Of a stretch of DNA of 60,667 nt, positions 39,223-47,152 are shown one piece after another. This DNA is from Trueperaceae bacterium. GTDB taxonomy: Bacteria; Deinococcota; Deinococci; Deinococcales; Trueperaceae. A program made the translations under genes and the position numbers. Numbering within the stretch: position 1 is the stretch's first letter; each line of letters opens with the position of its first letter. The stretch covers positions 1 through 60,667 of the forward strand of contig DASVCK010000079.1 in the NCBI GenBank assembly GCA_036381675.1. The letters run 5' to 3'. The notes under the pieces are model-generated. The model worked only from the letters and a program-made list of their open reading frames with translations. It searched no databases and was not told the DNA's origin.

Positions 39223-40221
39223 TTACTCCAGGTTCGCCGGAGTGTACTCGACGCCGTTGGTCTCCTGGATCTGGCGGATGATCTCCCAGTCCTTCGCGTA
39301 CTCGATGGGCACGAACTGAGTCAGCCCCTCGAACTCGTCACCGAGCGCGGTGCCCGTGAAGTCGAAGCTGAAGAACGCCTCCTTGATCTTCTCGACCAGG
39401 TCGGGATGGAGGTTGTAGACGTAGTTGTACGAGGTCGTGGGGAACGGGTTGGTCTCGTAGATGATGCGCAGCTCGTCAGGGTCGTAGAGGCCGCGCGCCG
39501 CCATGCGCTCGACGACCTCCGAGGCCACCGGAGCGGCGTCGTAGTCGCCCGCCACCACGCCGAGGATCGAGTTGTCGTGGCTGCCCGAGAAGACGATCTC
39601 GTAGTCCTCGCCCGGCACGACACCCAGGCGCGGGAACAGCGCGGAGGGCGCCTGGTGGCCGGAGTTCGAGGTGGGTGCAGTGTGGGCCACGACCTTGCCC
39701 TTCAGGTCCGTGATCTCCTGGATGTCCGACTCGGCCCTGACGTAGACCTGCAGCGTGTAGCCGAAGCGTCCGGACTCGTTGCCCATGATCGCGAACGGAA
39801 CGGCGCCGGCGAGGTTCACGGCGAACGGCGTCGGTCCGGTTGAGAAGCCGGCGATGTGGAGCCTGCCGGAGCGCATGGCTTCGACCTCGGCCGAGTTGGA
39901 CTGCACGGCGAAGAACCGCACGTCCTTGCCGGTGACGTCTCTGAGGTGCTGGATGAAGGGCTCCCAGATGTCCTCGTAGATGGCGGGGTCCTCGACGGGC
40001 GTGTACGCGAAGAAGAGGGTGTCGGGATCGATCCACTGGCTCTCGTCGGTGGGGGCGTCCGCCACCAGGTCGCCGTCGGCATCGCAGTACTGCGTGTCCA
40101 GGTCGCCGCGGTTCGGGCACTCCTGCGCCAGGCCGGCGGGGAGCAACGCCAGGAACAGCGCGGCCAACAGGGCCGCTAACGCGAAGTAGCCGGTGCCCTT
40201 GCGGGCGCGTGAGAAGTACAT
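39223..40221 (-). CDS. phnD: Phosphonate/phosphite ABC substrate-binding protein (PhnD-like)
   Basis: Signal peptide ...LALLPAGLAQ, then FAYTPVEDP, RLHIAGFSTGP, HTAPTSNSGH (PhnD-family blocks). GGAGGGG RBS. Confidence 0.85.
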   Translation of the reverse strand: MYFSRARKGTGYFALAALLAALFLALLPAGLAQECPNRGDLDTQYCDADGDLVADAPTDESQWIDPDTLFFAYTPVEDPAIYEDIWEPFIQHLRDVTGKDVRFFAVQSNSAEVEAMRSGRLHIAGFSTGPTPFAVNLAGAVPFAIMGNESGRFGYTLQVYVRAESDIQEITDLKGKVVAHTAPTSNSGHQAPSALFPRLGVVPGEDYEIVFSGSHDNSILGVVAGDYDAAPVASEVVERMAARGLYDPDELRIIYETNPFPTTSYNYVYNLHPDLVEKIKEAFFSFDFTGTALGDEFEGLTQFVPIEYAKDWEIIRQIQETNGVEYTPANLE

Positions 40222-40437
40222 CGTCCCCTCCTCTTCCTACCCTGAGGTTTGCCTACCCTTAAGGCGCGGTGGTGACCGGCGCCAACCCGGACGTATCAGG
40301 GTCTGTCCCCCTCGCGCCGCGGCCTCAAAGAGCCGCCTTCCGAGGTGGGTGTGGTGGACGTCGGCAACCGTAGCACCGTCGTGCACGCCTGTCAATCCGG
40401 CCGGAACAGATGTAACTAGCCTCCAGGACGGGCTTTC

Positions 40438-40466
40438 TTGACCACATGAGGACCCGGTGCTAACCT
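40438..40466 (+). promoter_or_regulatory. Sigma-70-like promoter candidate for the HAD-SorC-glpD operon
   Basis: TTGACC (40438-40443), a 17-nt spacer, then TAACCT (40461-40466). It overlaps the track's ORF start at 40457, which argues for the later GTG start at 40541. Confidence 0.45.
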
Positions 40467-40540
40467 CGGCACACCTGTGCACAGCCTTCGCACATCCGTA
40501 CCCGCAGCCGCGCCGGTTCACCGCCCCAGGCCGTGACGCC

Positions 40541-41371
40541 GTGACGACGCCAGCGTTCGATGCCCTCGCCTTCGACCTCGACGGCACCGTCTACCTGTCC
40601 CGGGATCCGCTGCCGGGAGCGAAGGCGCTCTTCGAGGACCTAGACCGGGCCGGCGTGCCCTACGTGTTCGCCACGAACAACTCCAGCGTGCCGGCGGCCA
40701 GCTACGTCGAGCGTCTGAGGTCCATGGGCATCCGGGCGGGCGCCGAGCACCTCCTGACCTCCACGCAGGCCGCTGCGCATCATCTGAGGTCCGCTGGCGT
40801 GGCGCGCGCCTATGTGGTGGCCACTGATGACGTGCGGGCCGAGCTGTCGGATGCCGGCGTCGTCCACGACGAAGCCGACCCCCAGGCAGTTCTGCTCACT
40901 TTCGACACGTCGTTCGCCTACGACAAGGTCCGCGCCGTCTCCCACCTGCTCAGGGCGGGGTTGCCGTACTTCGCCACGCATCCCGACCTCGTGTGTCCCA
41001 CGCCGGAGGGGCCCGTCCCCGACTGCGGAGCGTTCATCGCGCTGTTCCGCGCCGCCACCGGGCGCGAACCGGTGATCTTGGGCAAGCCCAGCGCGGGCAT
41101 GGCGGCTGCGATCCGGGAGCGCCTGACCGCACAGGCGACTGCGCGCGGCAAGACGTCCCCGCAGCGCGTGGCCTTCGTCGGAGACAGGCTCTATACCGAC
41201 GTACGCATGGCGAACGACCACGGCTTCAGCGCGGTACTCACGCTGACGGGAGAGTCGACCCGGGCCGAGCTGGCCGCCAGCCCCTACCGGGCCGACCTCG
41301 TCGTCGAGGACCTGCGAGAACTGTCCGCGCACCTCGGTCTGGCCACGGCGGAGGGGAGGCCCGTCCGGTGA
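40541..41371 (+). CDS. HAD-IIA family hydrolase (NagD/sugar-phosphatase-like)
   Basis: FDLDGTVYLS (motif I), ATNNSS (motif II), GKPS, GDRLYTDV (motif IV). The start is uncertain: GTG 40541 is preferred, 40457 is possible. Confidence 0.8.
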   Translation: MTTPAFDALAFDLDGTVYLSRDPLPGAKALFEDLDRAGVPYVFATNNSSVPAASYVERLRSMGIRAGAEHLLTSTQAAAHHLRSAGVARAYVVATDDVRAELSDAGVVHDEADPQAVLLTFDTSFAYDKVRAVSHLLRAGLPYFATHPDLVCPTPEGPVPDCGAFIALFRAATGREPVILGKPSAGMAAAIRERLTAQATARGKTSPQRVAFVGDRLYTDVRMANDHGFSAVLTLTGESTRAELAASPYRADLVVEDLRELSAHLGLATAEGRPVR

Positions 41372-42339
41372 CAACGCTGGGCAGGAACGACGACGACGCC
41401 TTCGACGACGCCCTCAGGGTGGCGCGCATGTACTACCACCTGGGCCACACGACCACCGAGATCGCACGCCTGCTCGGCGTCGCCAGGCCCACCGTGTCCA
41501 GGCTTCTCAGCTGGGCGCGCTCGCACGGCCTCGTCGAGTTCAGGATCGTCGACCACCGCGAGAAGCAGCTCGAGCTGGAGACCCGGATCGAGGACAGGTT
41601 CGGCATCAACGACGTGAAGATCGTGCCCGTGCACCCGGACACCGACACGGCCGAGCGCCAACGGGCCGTCGCCGCGTTCACGGCCCACTACCTGAACAGC
41701 CTCATGGAGCCGGGTACGACCCTGACGCTGGCGTGGGGCGCGACGGTGTCGCTGCTGGCCAGCAAGCTCATTCCCAAGCCCCTCGAGGGCGCCAGGGTCG
41801 TACAGATGAACGGCTCCGGCAACAGCGGTCTGGGCATCACCTACGCGGCCGACATAGTGGCGGCGTTCGCCGAGAACTACGCGGCGCGCGCCTACCTCCT
41901 CCCGATCCCCGCCTACTTCGACGCGCCGGCTACGAAGGCGGCGATGTTCCAGGAGAGAGCGATCGCCAGACCGCTCGCGGTGGCCGCCGCCGCCGATATC
42001 GCGCTCTTCAGCATCGGCGTGCCCGACGCCGACAGCTACGTGTACAAGGCGGGTTACGTGGAGCAGTCGGAGCTCGACGCGCTGCGAGCTCAGGGCGTCG
42101 TGGGCGACATCGCCACGGTCTTCTTCAGAGCCGACGGCACGTACCACGACATCGCCATGAACGGGCGCTCCAGCGGGCCCGACCTGAAGTCGCTGGCGCG
42201 GCACAAGCATGCCGTGTGTGTGGTGGCCGGCGAGAACAAGATCCCAGGCGTCGTCGGGGCGCTCAAGGGCGGGTTCCTCAACACCCTGGTGATCGACAGC
42301 CCCACCGGCGAGGCCTTGCTCGAGCAGGAGGCGCCCTGA
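41368..42339 (+). CDS. SorC/DeoR-type sugar-binding transcriptional regulator
   Basis: LRVARMYYHLGHTTTEIARLLGVARPTVSRLLSWARSHGLVEFRI (HTH) plus a sugar-binding domain (...GDIATVFF..DG...). GTGA overlap with the HAD stop. Confidence 0.85.
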   Translation: MTTLGRNDDDAFDDALRVARMYYHLGHTTTEIARLLGVARPTVSRLLSWARSHGLVEFRIVDHREKQLELETRIEDRFGINDVKIVPVHPDTDTAERQRAVAAFTAHYLNSLMEPGTTLTLAWGATVSLLASKLIPKPLEGARVVQMNGSGNSGLGITYAADIVAAFAENYAARAYLLPIPAYFDAPATKAAMFQERAIARPLAVAAAADIALFSIGVPDADSYVYKAGYVEQSELDALRAQGVVGDIATVFFRADGTYHDIAMNGRSSGPDLKSLARHKHAVCVVAGENKIPGVVGALKGGFLNTLVIDSPTGEALLEQEAP

Positions 42340-43907
42340 TGGCGGTGGCCACAGACAAGAGGGACGCGTCGCTGCGCAGGCTCGGCGCGGAGCGTTTCGA
42401 CCTGCTCGTGATCGGCGGCGGGGCCACGGGCACGGGCACGGCTCTCGACGCCGCCAGCCGGGGCCTCAAGGTGGCGCTGGTCGAGCGCTCCGACCTCTCA
42501 GAGGGGACCAGCAGCCGCAGCACCAAGCTCGTCCACGGCGGCGTGCGCTACCTCGAACAGGCCGTCAAGCACGCGGACCGCTCGCAGTTCAGCCTGGTGA
42601 GGGAGGCGCTCCGCGAGCGCGCGGTGCTGCTGCGCAACGCGCCGCACCTGGCCACGGCGTTGCCGCTGCTCACGCCCATCTATGGCGCCTTCGAGCTGCC
42701 CTACTACTTCACCGGTCTGAAGCTCTACGACATGCTCGCGGGCAGGGCGAACTTGGCGCCCAGCCGCCTGATCGGCAAGGAAGAGGCCAGGGAGCGCTTC
42801 CCGATGCTCAAGCGGGACGGCCTGCGCGGCGCGGTCGAGTACCACGACGGCCAGTTCGACGACGCTCGCATGAACGTGGCCCTGGCGCTGACGGCCGCAG
42901 AGCACGGCGCCGTCGTCGCCAACCACGTGGAGGTCACCTCGCTCCTCAAGCGCTCTGGCCGGTTGGCGGGCGCGGTCGTGGAGGATCGCCTGCGCGCCTC
43001 GCCGCCCATCGAGGTCGAGGCCAGAGCGGTCGTGAACGCCACGGGACCGTTCGCAGACGCCGTGCGGCAGCTGGACGACCCCGACGCTCCCGAGATGCTC
43101 AAGACCAGCTCCGGCGTGCATGTGGTCCTGCCCCAACGCTTCAGCCCTCTCGACACGGGGCTGCTCATCCCCAAGACCGAGGACGGGCGCGTCCTGTTCC
43201 TGCTGCCGTGGCTGGGGCACACGCTGGTCGGCACGACCGACAACCCTGCCCCGGTCGAGGCGCATCCGACGGCCGCAGCAGAGGACGTGGAGTACATCCT
43301 CAGGCACGTTCGCAAGTACTTCGACCTGCCTGTCTCGACCGAGGACGTGAGGTCCGCCTGGAGCGGGCTGCGGCCGCTGGTCGAGCCCGACCACCAGAGC
43401 GGGGCCAAGAGCACCGCGCGGCTGTCGCGTGACCACGTCATCTCGGTGTCGCACTCCGGCCTGGTCACGGCGACGGGCGGGAAGTGGACCACCTACAGGA
43501 GCATGGCCGAGGACGCCGTCGACGCGGCTGTGCAGGTGGGCGACCTGCGGCCTGACAGGGGCAGCGTCACCCACGATCTGGCTCTCGTCGGAGGCGCCAG
43601 GTTCGATCCGCTCGGGGACACGCGGCTCGTGGACGAGTACCGCTTGGCTCCAGACGTCGCGCGCCACCTCAACCGCGCGTACGGCGACAGGGCCGAGGCC
43701 GTGGCCAGGCTCGCCGCGGACGGCCTGGGCGACAGGCTCGTGGCTGGTCATCCTTACATCGAGGCCGAGGTCGTCTACGCGCGGGATGCCGAGCTCGCCT
43801 GCACAGCCGACGACGTGCTGGCCAGGCGCCTGCGGCTCTCGTTCCTCGACAGCGCTGCCGCCGAGACCGCCAAGCCGCGCGTCGAGGCCCTGCTCGCTAC
43901 CCCGTGA
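42339..43907 (+). CDS. glpD: FAD-dependent glycerol-3-phosphate dehydrogenase
   Basis: FDLLVIGGGATGTGTALDAASRGLKVALVERSDLSEGTSSRSTKLVHGGVRYLEQ. The ATG overlaps the regulator's TGA by 1 nt. Confidence 0.9.
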   Translation: MAVATDKRDASLRRLGAERFDLLVIGGGATGTGTALDAASRGLKVALVERSDLSEGTSSRSTKLVHGGVRYLEQAVKHADRSQFSLVREALRERAVLLRNAPHLATALPLLTPIYGAFELPYYFTGLKLYDMLAGRANLAPSRLIGKEEARERFPMLKRDGLRGAVEYHDGQFDDARMNVALALTAAEHGAVVANHVEVTSLLKRSGRLAGAVVEDRLRASPPIEVEARAVVNATGPFADAVRQLDDPDAPEMLKTSSGVHVVLPQRFSPLDTGLLIPKTEDGRVLFLLPWLGHTLVGTTDNPAPVEAHPTAAAEDVEYILRHVRKYFDLPVSTEDVRSAWSGLRPLVEPDHQSGAKSTARLSRDHVISVSHSGLVTATGGKWTTYRSMAEDAVDAAVQVGDLRPDRGSVTHDLALVGGARFDPLGDTRLVDEYRLAPDVARHLNRAYGDRAEAVARLAADGLGDRLVAGHPYIEAEVVYARDAELACTADDVLARRLRLSFLDSAAAETAKPRVEALLATP

Positions 43908-44096
43908 TCACGGGTCCTCGAGGTGCTCTTTGTGGTCGTACGCTACATTCTTCCGGGGGCGCCCACTCGCTGGTCTTCTCGACGCCAAAGCCACTACCAA
44001 GCTAACGCATAGTGGCTGCGGGACCGGTTTCCTTATGCGCGTCCCTGACGACGTTTATAGTGCAACCTTGCGGTTGCGCTATTCACAGGGTTGGTA

Positions 44097-44178
44097 GTGG
44101 CTCCGCGAAGCAAAACAGGTAGTGGGTCCTCAACCAGGTCATGGTTCCTCGAACAGGTCGTGGTTCGTCCGCCGAGCT
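44097..44178. repeat. Four degenerate tandem direct repeats (19-25 nt unit, GTGGnTCCTCGAACAGGTC-like)
   Basis: GTGGCTCCGCGAAGCAAAACAGGTA | GTGGGTCCTCAACCAGGTC | ATGGTTCCTCGAACAGGTC | GTGGTTCGTCCGCCGAGCT. Units 2 and 3 are identical at 15 of 19 positions. A further related copy, ACGGGTCCTCGAGGTGCTC, lies at 43909-43927. Confidence 0.6.
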
Positions 44179-44241
44179 GGGCCCCACGGCGCGCTCCCAG
44201 AGTCCAGCGCACGTCGCCTCCGACCAAGAGGGCATAGAGAA

Positions 44242-44273
44242 GCGCCCGGTGCCATCGAATCAGGCACCGGGCG
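44242..44273. terminator. GC-rich hairpin (11-bp stem), likely terminator downstream of the small minus-strand gene
   Basis: GCGCCCGGTGCC-atcgaatca-GGCACCGGGCG. Lies about 80 nt downstream of the 44354 stop. Confidence 0.5.
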
Positions 44274-44353
44274 TCCTCCTTCGTGATCGTCTCGCCCGAG
44301 CGAGGAGCTCACACCACAGGCGAGGAGATCACGCTTGGGACGAGGGTCGAGAC

Positions 44354-44650
44354 CTAAGCGACGGTCTTCTTCCTGCTGCCGCCCATGAGCGCGCCGACGA
44401 TCGCTGCCAGGATGCCGCCACCGGCGCCACCTCCGACGATCGAGGTCAACAGCGACATGAAGTCGAACGAGCCGCCGCCGGCGCCGAGGCCGAGCAGCTG
44501 CAGCAGCTGTGCCAGGCCCAGGCCGCCGGCCGCCCCGGCGAGCGTGTTGCCGGTGCCTCCCAGCCCCCCTGCCTGTGAGCGCCCACCGACCAAGTTCCCG
44601 CCGATGGCGCCCGCCACTAGTTGGATGACGATCGGAAGCCAAGTGTCCAT
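44354..44650 (-). CDS. Small glycine-zipper membrane protein (98 aa), hypothetical
   Basis: MDTWLPIVIQLVAGAIGGNLVGG...GLGGTGNTLAGAAGGLGLAQLLQLLGLGAGGG...IVGGGAGGGILAAIVGALMGG. GAGAGAGG RBS before ATG 44650. The track ORF over-extends to 44746. Confidence 0.65.
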   Translation of the reverse strand: MDTWLPIVIQLVAGAIGGNLVGGRSQAGGLGGTGNTLAGAAGGLGLAQLLQLLGLGAGGGSFDFMSLLTSIVGGGAGGGILAAIVGALMGGSRKKTVA

Positions 44651-44846
44651 GTCCCAACCTCTCTCGCTCGGCCCGGATGCCGAGCGCCAGGCGGCACTGG
44701 CGCTAACCGCTTCCCTTTCCCACGCGCCAGCCCGCCACCGAGCCACCGACTAGGAGGACCGTGACAGACGAGGACGACGTTGCCTGCGACTCAGCGGGAT
44801 TGTACTCGAAACGTGAGAAAAAGATGTGAGCGACGCCCCAACCCAA

Positions 44847-44874
44847 GCGCCCGGTGCCTGCCGGCACCGGGCGC
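44847..44874. terminator. GC-rich hairpin with the same stem sequence, likely terminator of the 55.7->44.9 kb operon
   Basis: GCGCCCGGTGCC-tgcc-GGCACCGGGCGC. Lies 34 nt downstream of the SBP stop (44908) on the minus strand. Confidence 0.55.
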
Positions 44875-44907
44875 AAGGGACGTAAAGCTGGCCCGCGGCC
44901 CGCAAGG

Positions 44908-45966
44908 CTACTGCCCGGAGACCGCCTCGAAGATGCTGGGATCGACCGCGTCCGCGTAGGCGACCGGCTGCGAGAGCAGCCCCACCTGCACCAGGAGGTC
45001 CACTGAGCGCTCGAACGCCTCCTGGTTGAGGGCGCCGACGACGGTGTCTGGCGTCGGCATGACGAGCTTCGCCACCTCGGCCATCTGCCAGGTCTGGTGG
45101 ATGAGCGGGCTCTGGGTCGAGCCGGAGCCGGCGCAGGTGTCACCGCAGAACTTCAGGACGATCTGAACGGCCTCTTCCTGGTTGGCGACGGCGTACTCCC
45201 AGCCGCGGATCGTGGCCCGCAGGAAGCGCTCGGCCACCTCGCGACCGGAGAGGCCGGAGCCCTTGAAGTTCTCGCTGGCGAGGACCTCCGGGCGGGTGAA
45301 GATGTTGTCCTCGAGGAGATCGGCGCCGATGTCCGCCGGGTCGAGGATCACGAGCTGATCCAACGGATAGCCCAGACCCACGATCTGGTCGAGCTCGTTG
45401 TACGTCATGGCGCTGGCGGCGTCGACCTCGTGAGGGAACACAAGCGACGGGTCGAACGCGTATACGACGGCGTTGACGTCCGGGCTCGTCTCTGTCGGGT
45501 CAAGGTTGGAAGTGAACCCGGCGGCCGCGAAGACGGCCTCCGTGGCGAACTCGTTGCCGAAACCCCACACGCCCACCGTGGTGCCGGCGAGGTCCGCGAT
45601 CTCCTCGATGCCGGAGTCCGCCAGCGATACGAGCCGGTAGCCGGAGTCCTGGAAGACCTGGGCGATCGTGACGACGTCGAGGCCCTGCTCGCGTTGAGCG
45701 AGCATGTTCGCGACCCAGTCGGTGCCGAAGTCGGCGTTACCGGAACCCACCTGCACCGTGGGGTTCACGTTGCCGCCGTCGAGGATCGTTACGTCCAGAC
45801 CTTCCTCGGCGTAGAAGCCTTTGTCCTGAGCCACGAAGTACCCGGCGAACTGCGCCTGAGGGAACCACTTCGACTGGAAGTTGATGGGGATCAGGTCCTG
45901 CGCGAACGCGTTGCCGCCCGCGATGAGGATCACCACCGCCAATGCCGTACCTGCCCGACGCAGCAT
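44908..45966 (-). CDS. ABC substrate-binding protein, NMT1/THI5-like (NitT/TauT family)
   Basis: Signal peptide MLRRAGTALAVVILIAGGNAFAQ followed by INFQSKWFPQAQFAGYFVAQDKGFYAEEGLDVTILDGG. Confidence 0.85.
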   Translation of the reverse strand: MLRRAGTALAVVILIAGGNAFAQDLIPINFQSKWFPQAQFAGYFVAQDKGFYAEEGLDVTILDGGNVNPTVQVGSGNADFGTDWVANMLAQREQGLDVVTIAQVFQDSGYRLVSLADSGIEEIADLAGTTVGVWGFGNEFATEAVFAAAGFTSNLDPTETSPDVNAVVYAFDPSLVFPHEVDAASAMTYNELDQIVGLGYPLDQLVILDPADIGADLLEDNIFTRPEVLASENFKGSGLSGREVAERFLRATIRGWEYAVANQEEAVQIVLKFCGDTCAGSGSTQSPLIHQTWQMAEVAKLVMPTPDTVVGALNQEAFERSVDLLVQVGLLSQPVAYADAVDPSIFEAVSGQ

Positions 45967-46111
45967 CTACCTACCTCCTCGTTGTGAACCTAGGTCGTCA
46001 TCATGGCACGCGCGGCCGCCTGGCCGCTTCATCTCGGCTCGTCAGCGCGCGCAGCCTACCCGCCTCGACGCGGTCAGGCGCCCCCCTTAAGGAGCGGCTG
46101 CGGCGGCGACC

Positions 46112-47152
46112 TCAACGGCCGCGGGCCGAAGGGTGCCACGCCAGCAGCCAGCGCTCCAGCAGCTGCAGCGTCCAGTAGAGCAGCATGGACAGCACGCTCG
46201 AGACGAAGATCGCCGCGAACACGACGTCGAACTGGCCCCGGTGGGCCGACAGGCTGATCCGCTGGCCCAGGCCTGTGGGCGGCCCGGGGATCAGGAACTC
46301 GGCGACGATCACGCTCACCACGGTCAGGACGATGGCCACCTTCAGCGAGGTGAAGACGTAGGGCAACGCGTTCGGGAGCCTGAGGGCCAGGAAGCCCTGC
46401 AGCGGTCTGGCGGCGTAGGAGCGCAGCAGCTCGAGCTTCAGCGGCTCCACCGAGATCAGCCCCTGCACCGTGTTCAGCACCACCGGGAAGAAGGTGACGA
46501 TTACGCCCACCGCGGCCTTGGATTCCCAGTCGACGCCGAGGGCCCTTCCCAACACCGGCGCCAGGCCCACGATGGGCACGGCGCCGAACGCCGTGGCGAG
46601 CGGCAGGAAGCCACGGCGCATGAAGGCGCTGAAGGCGATCGCCGTGCCCGTTACGAAGCCGAGGATCAGTCCGAGGCCGAAGCCGAACAGGACCTCACGC
46701 ACGAACGTGAGGTAGGCGTCGGCCATGAGGACTGGCCACGTGCGCACCAGCGCCTGACCTATGCCCGCGACCGACGGGAAGATGGCGGGCGGGACCCTGA
46801 AGCCGACGACCAGCCCCTCCCACGCCAGCAGCAGCACGAACGGGACTGTCGCGACCGGGGCGTAGCGCTGCAGGGCACCCATCAGGACCGCGCTGCCTCT
46901 GTCCCGTTCCTCGTCGGGCGCGAGCAGGCTCAGGCGGCTCATGCCGAAGACAGCAGCCGCCAGACCCACGCCCAGCGCGAGCCAGTAGAGACTGCCGGCC
47001 GTGCCCGGCACCGGCCGCTGCAGTACCACCGCGGCGAAAGCGATACCCACGCCCAGGACCGTCAGCGCGAGGAGTCCCAGCGCCCCTCTGGCGGCGGGCG
47101 ACAGCCCGCCAGGCCGCGTGACGAGGCCCTCGACGGCGCGACCCGCGGCCAT
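46112..47152 (-). CDS. ABC permease (NitT/TauT family)
   Basis: C-terminal BPD_transp_1 core (...LLRSYAARPLQGFLALRLPNALPYVFTSLKVA...). ATG 47152 overlaps the upstream stop (TGATG). The N-terminal ~90 residues are additional TM helices. Confidence 0.82.
   Translation of the reverse strand: MAAGRAVEGLVTRPGGLSPAARGALGLLALTVLGVGIAFAAVVLQRPVPGTAGSLYWLALGVGLAAAVFGMSRLSLLAPDEERDRGSAVLMGALQRYAPVATVPFVLLLAWEGLVVGFRVPPAIFPSVAGIGQALVRTWPVLMADAYLTFVREVLFGFGLGLILGFVTGTAIAFSAFMRRGFLPLATAFGAVPIVGLAPVLGRALGVDWESKAAVGVIVTFFPVVLNTVQGLISVEPLKLELLRSYAARPLQGFLALRLPNALPYVFTSLKVAIVLTVVSVIVAEFLIPGPPTGLGQRISLSAHRGQFDVVFAAIFVSSVLSMLLYWTLQLLERWLLAWHPSARGR

Noticed and set aside
43901-43914. The palindrome CCCGTGATCACGGG spanning the glpD stop codon, as an intrinsic terminator
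   Set aside because: With a viable loop it gives only about 4 bp of stem, and no convincing U-tract follows. That is too weak to call.
44120-44165. A resemblance of ...AACCAGGTCATGG... to the ACCAGGUCAGG segment of SRP (4.5S) RNA
   Set aside because: The conserved GGAA tetraloop and AGCA/GA symmetric-loop elements are absent, so the similarity is only a short chance string.
44097-44178. The tandem repeats as a CRISPR array or as DnaA boxes/oriC
   Set aside because: The repeats are directly adjacent with no spacers and there are only ~4 degenerate units, so this is not a CRISPR array. The minus-strand cores (GGACCCAC, GGAACCAT, GGAGCCAC) do not match the TT(A/G)TCCACA DnaA box, and no dnaA or dnaN is nearby.
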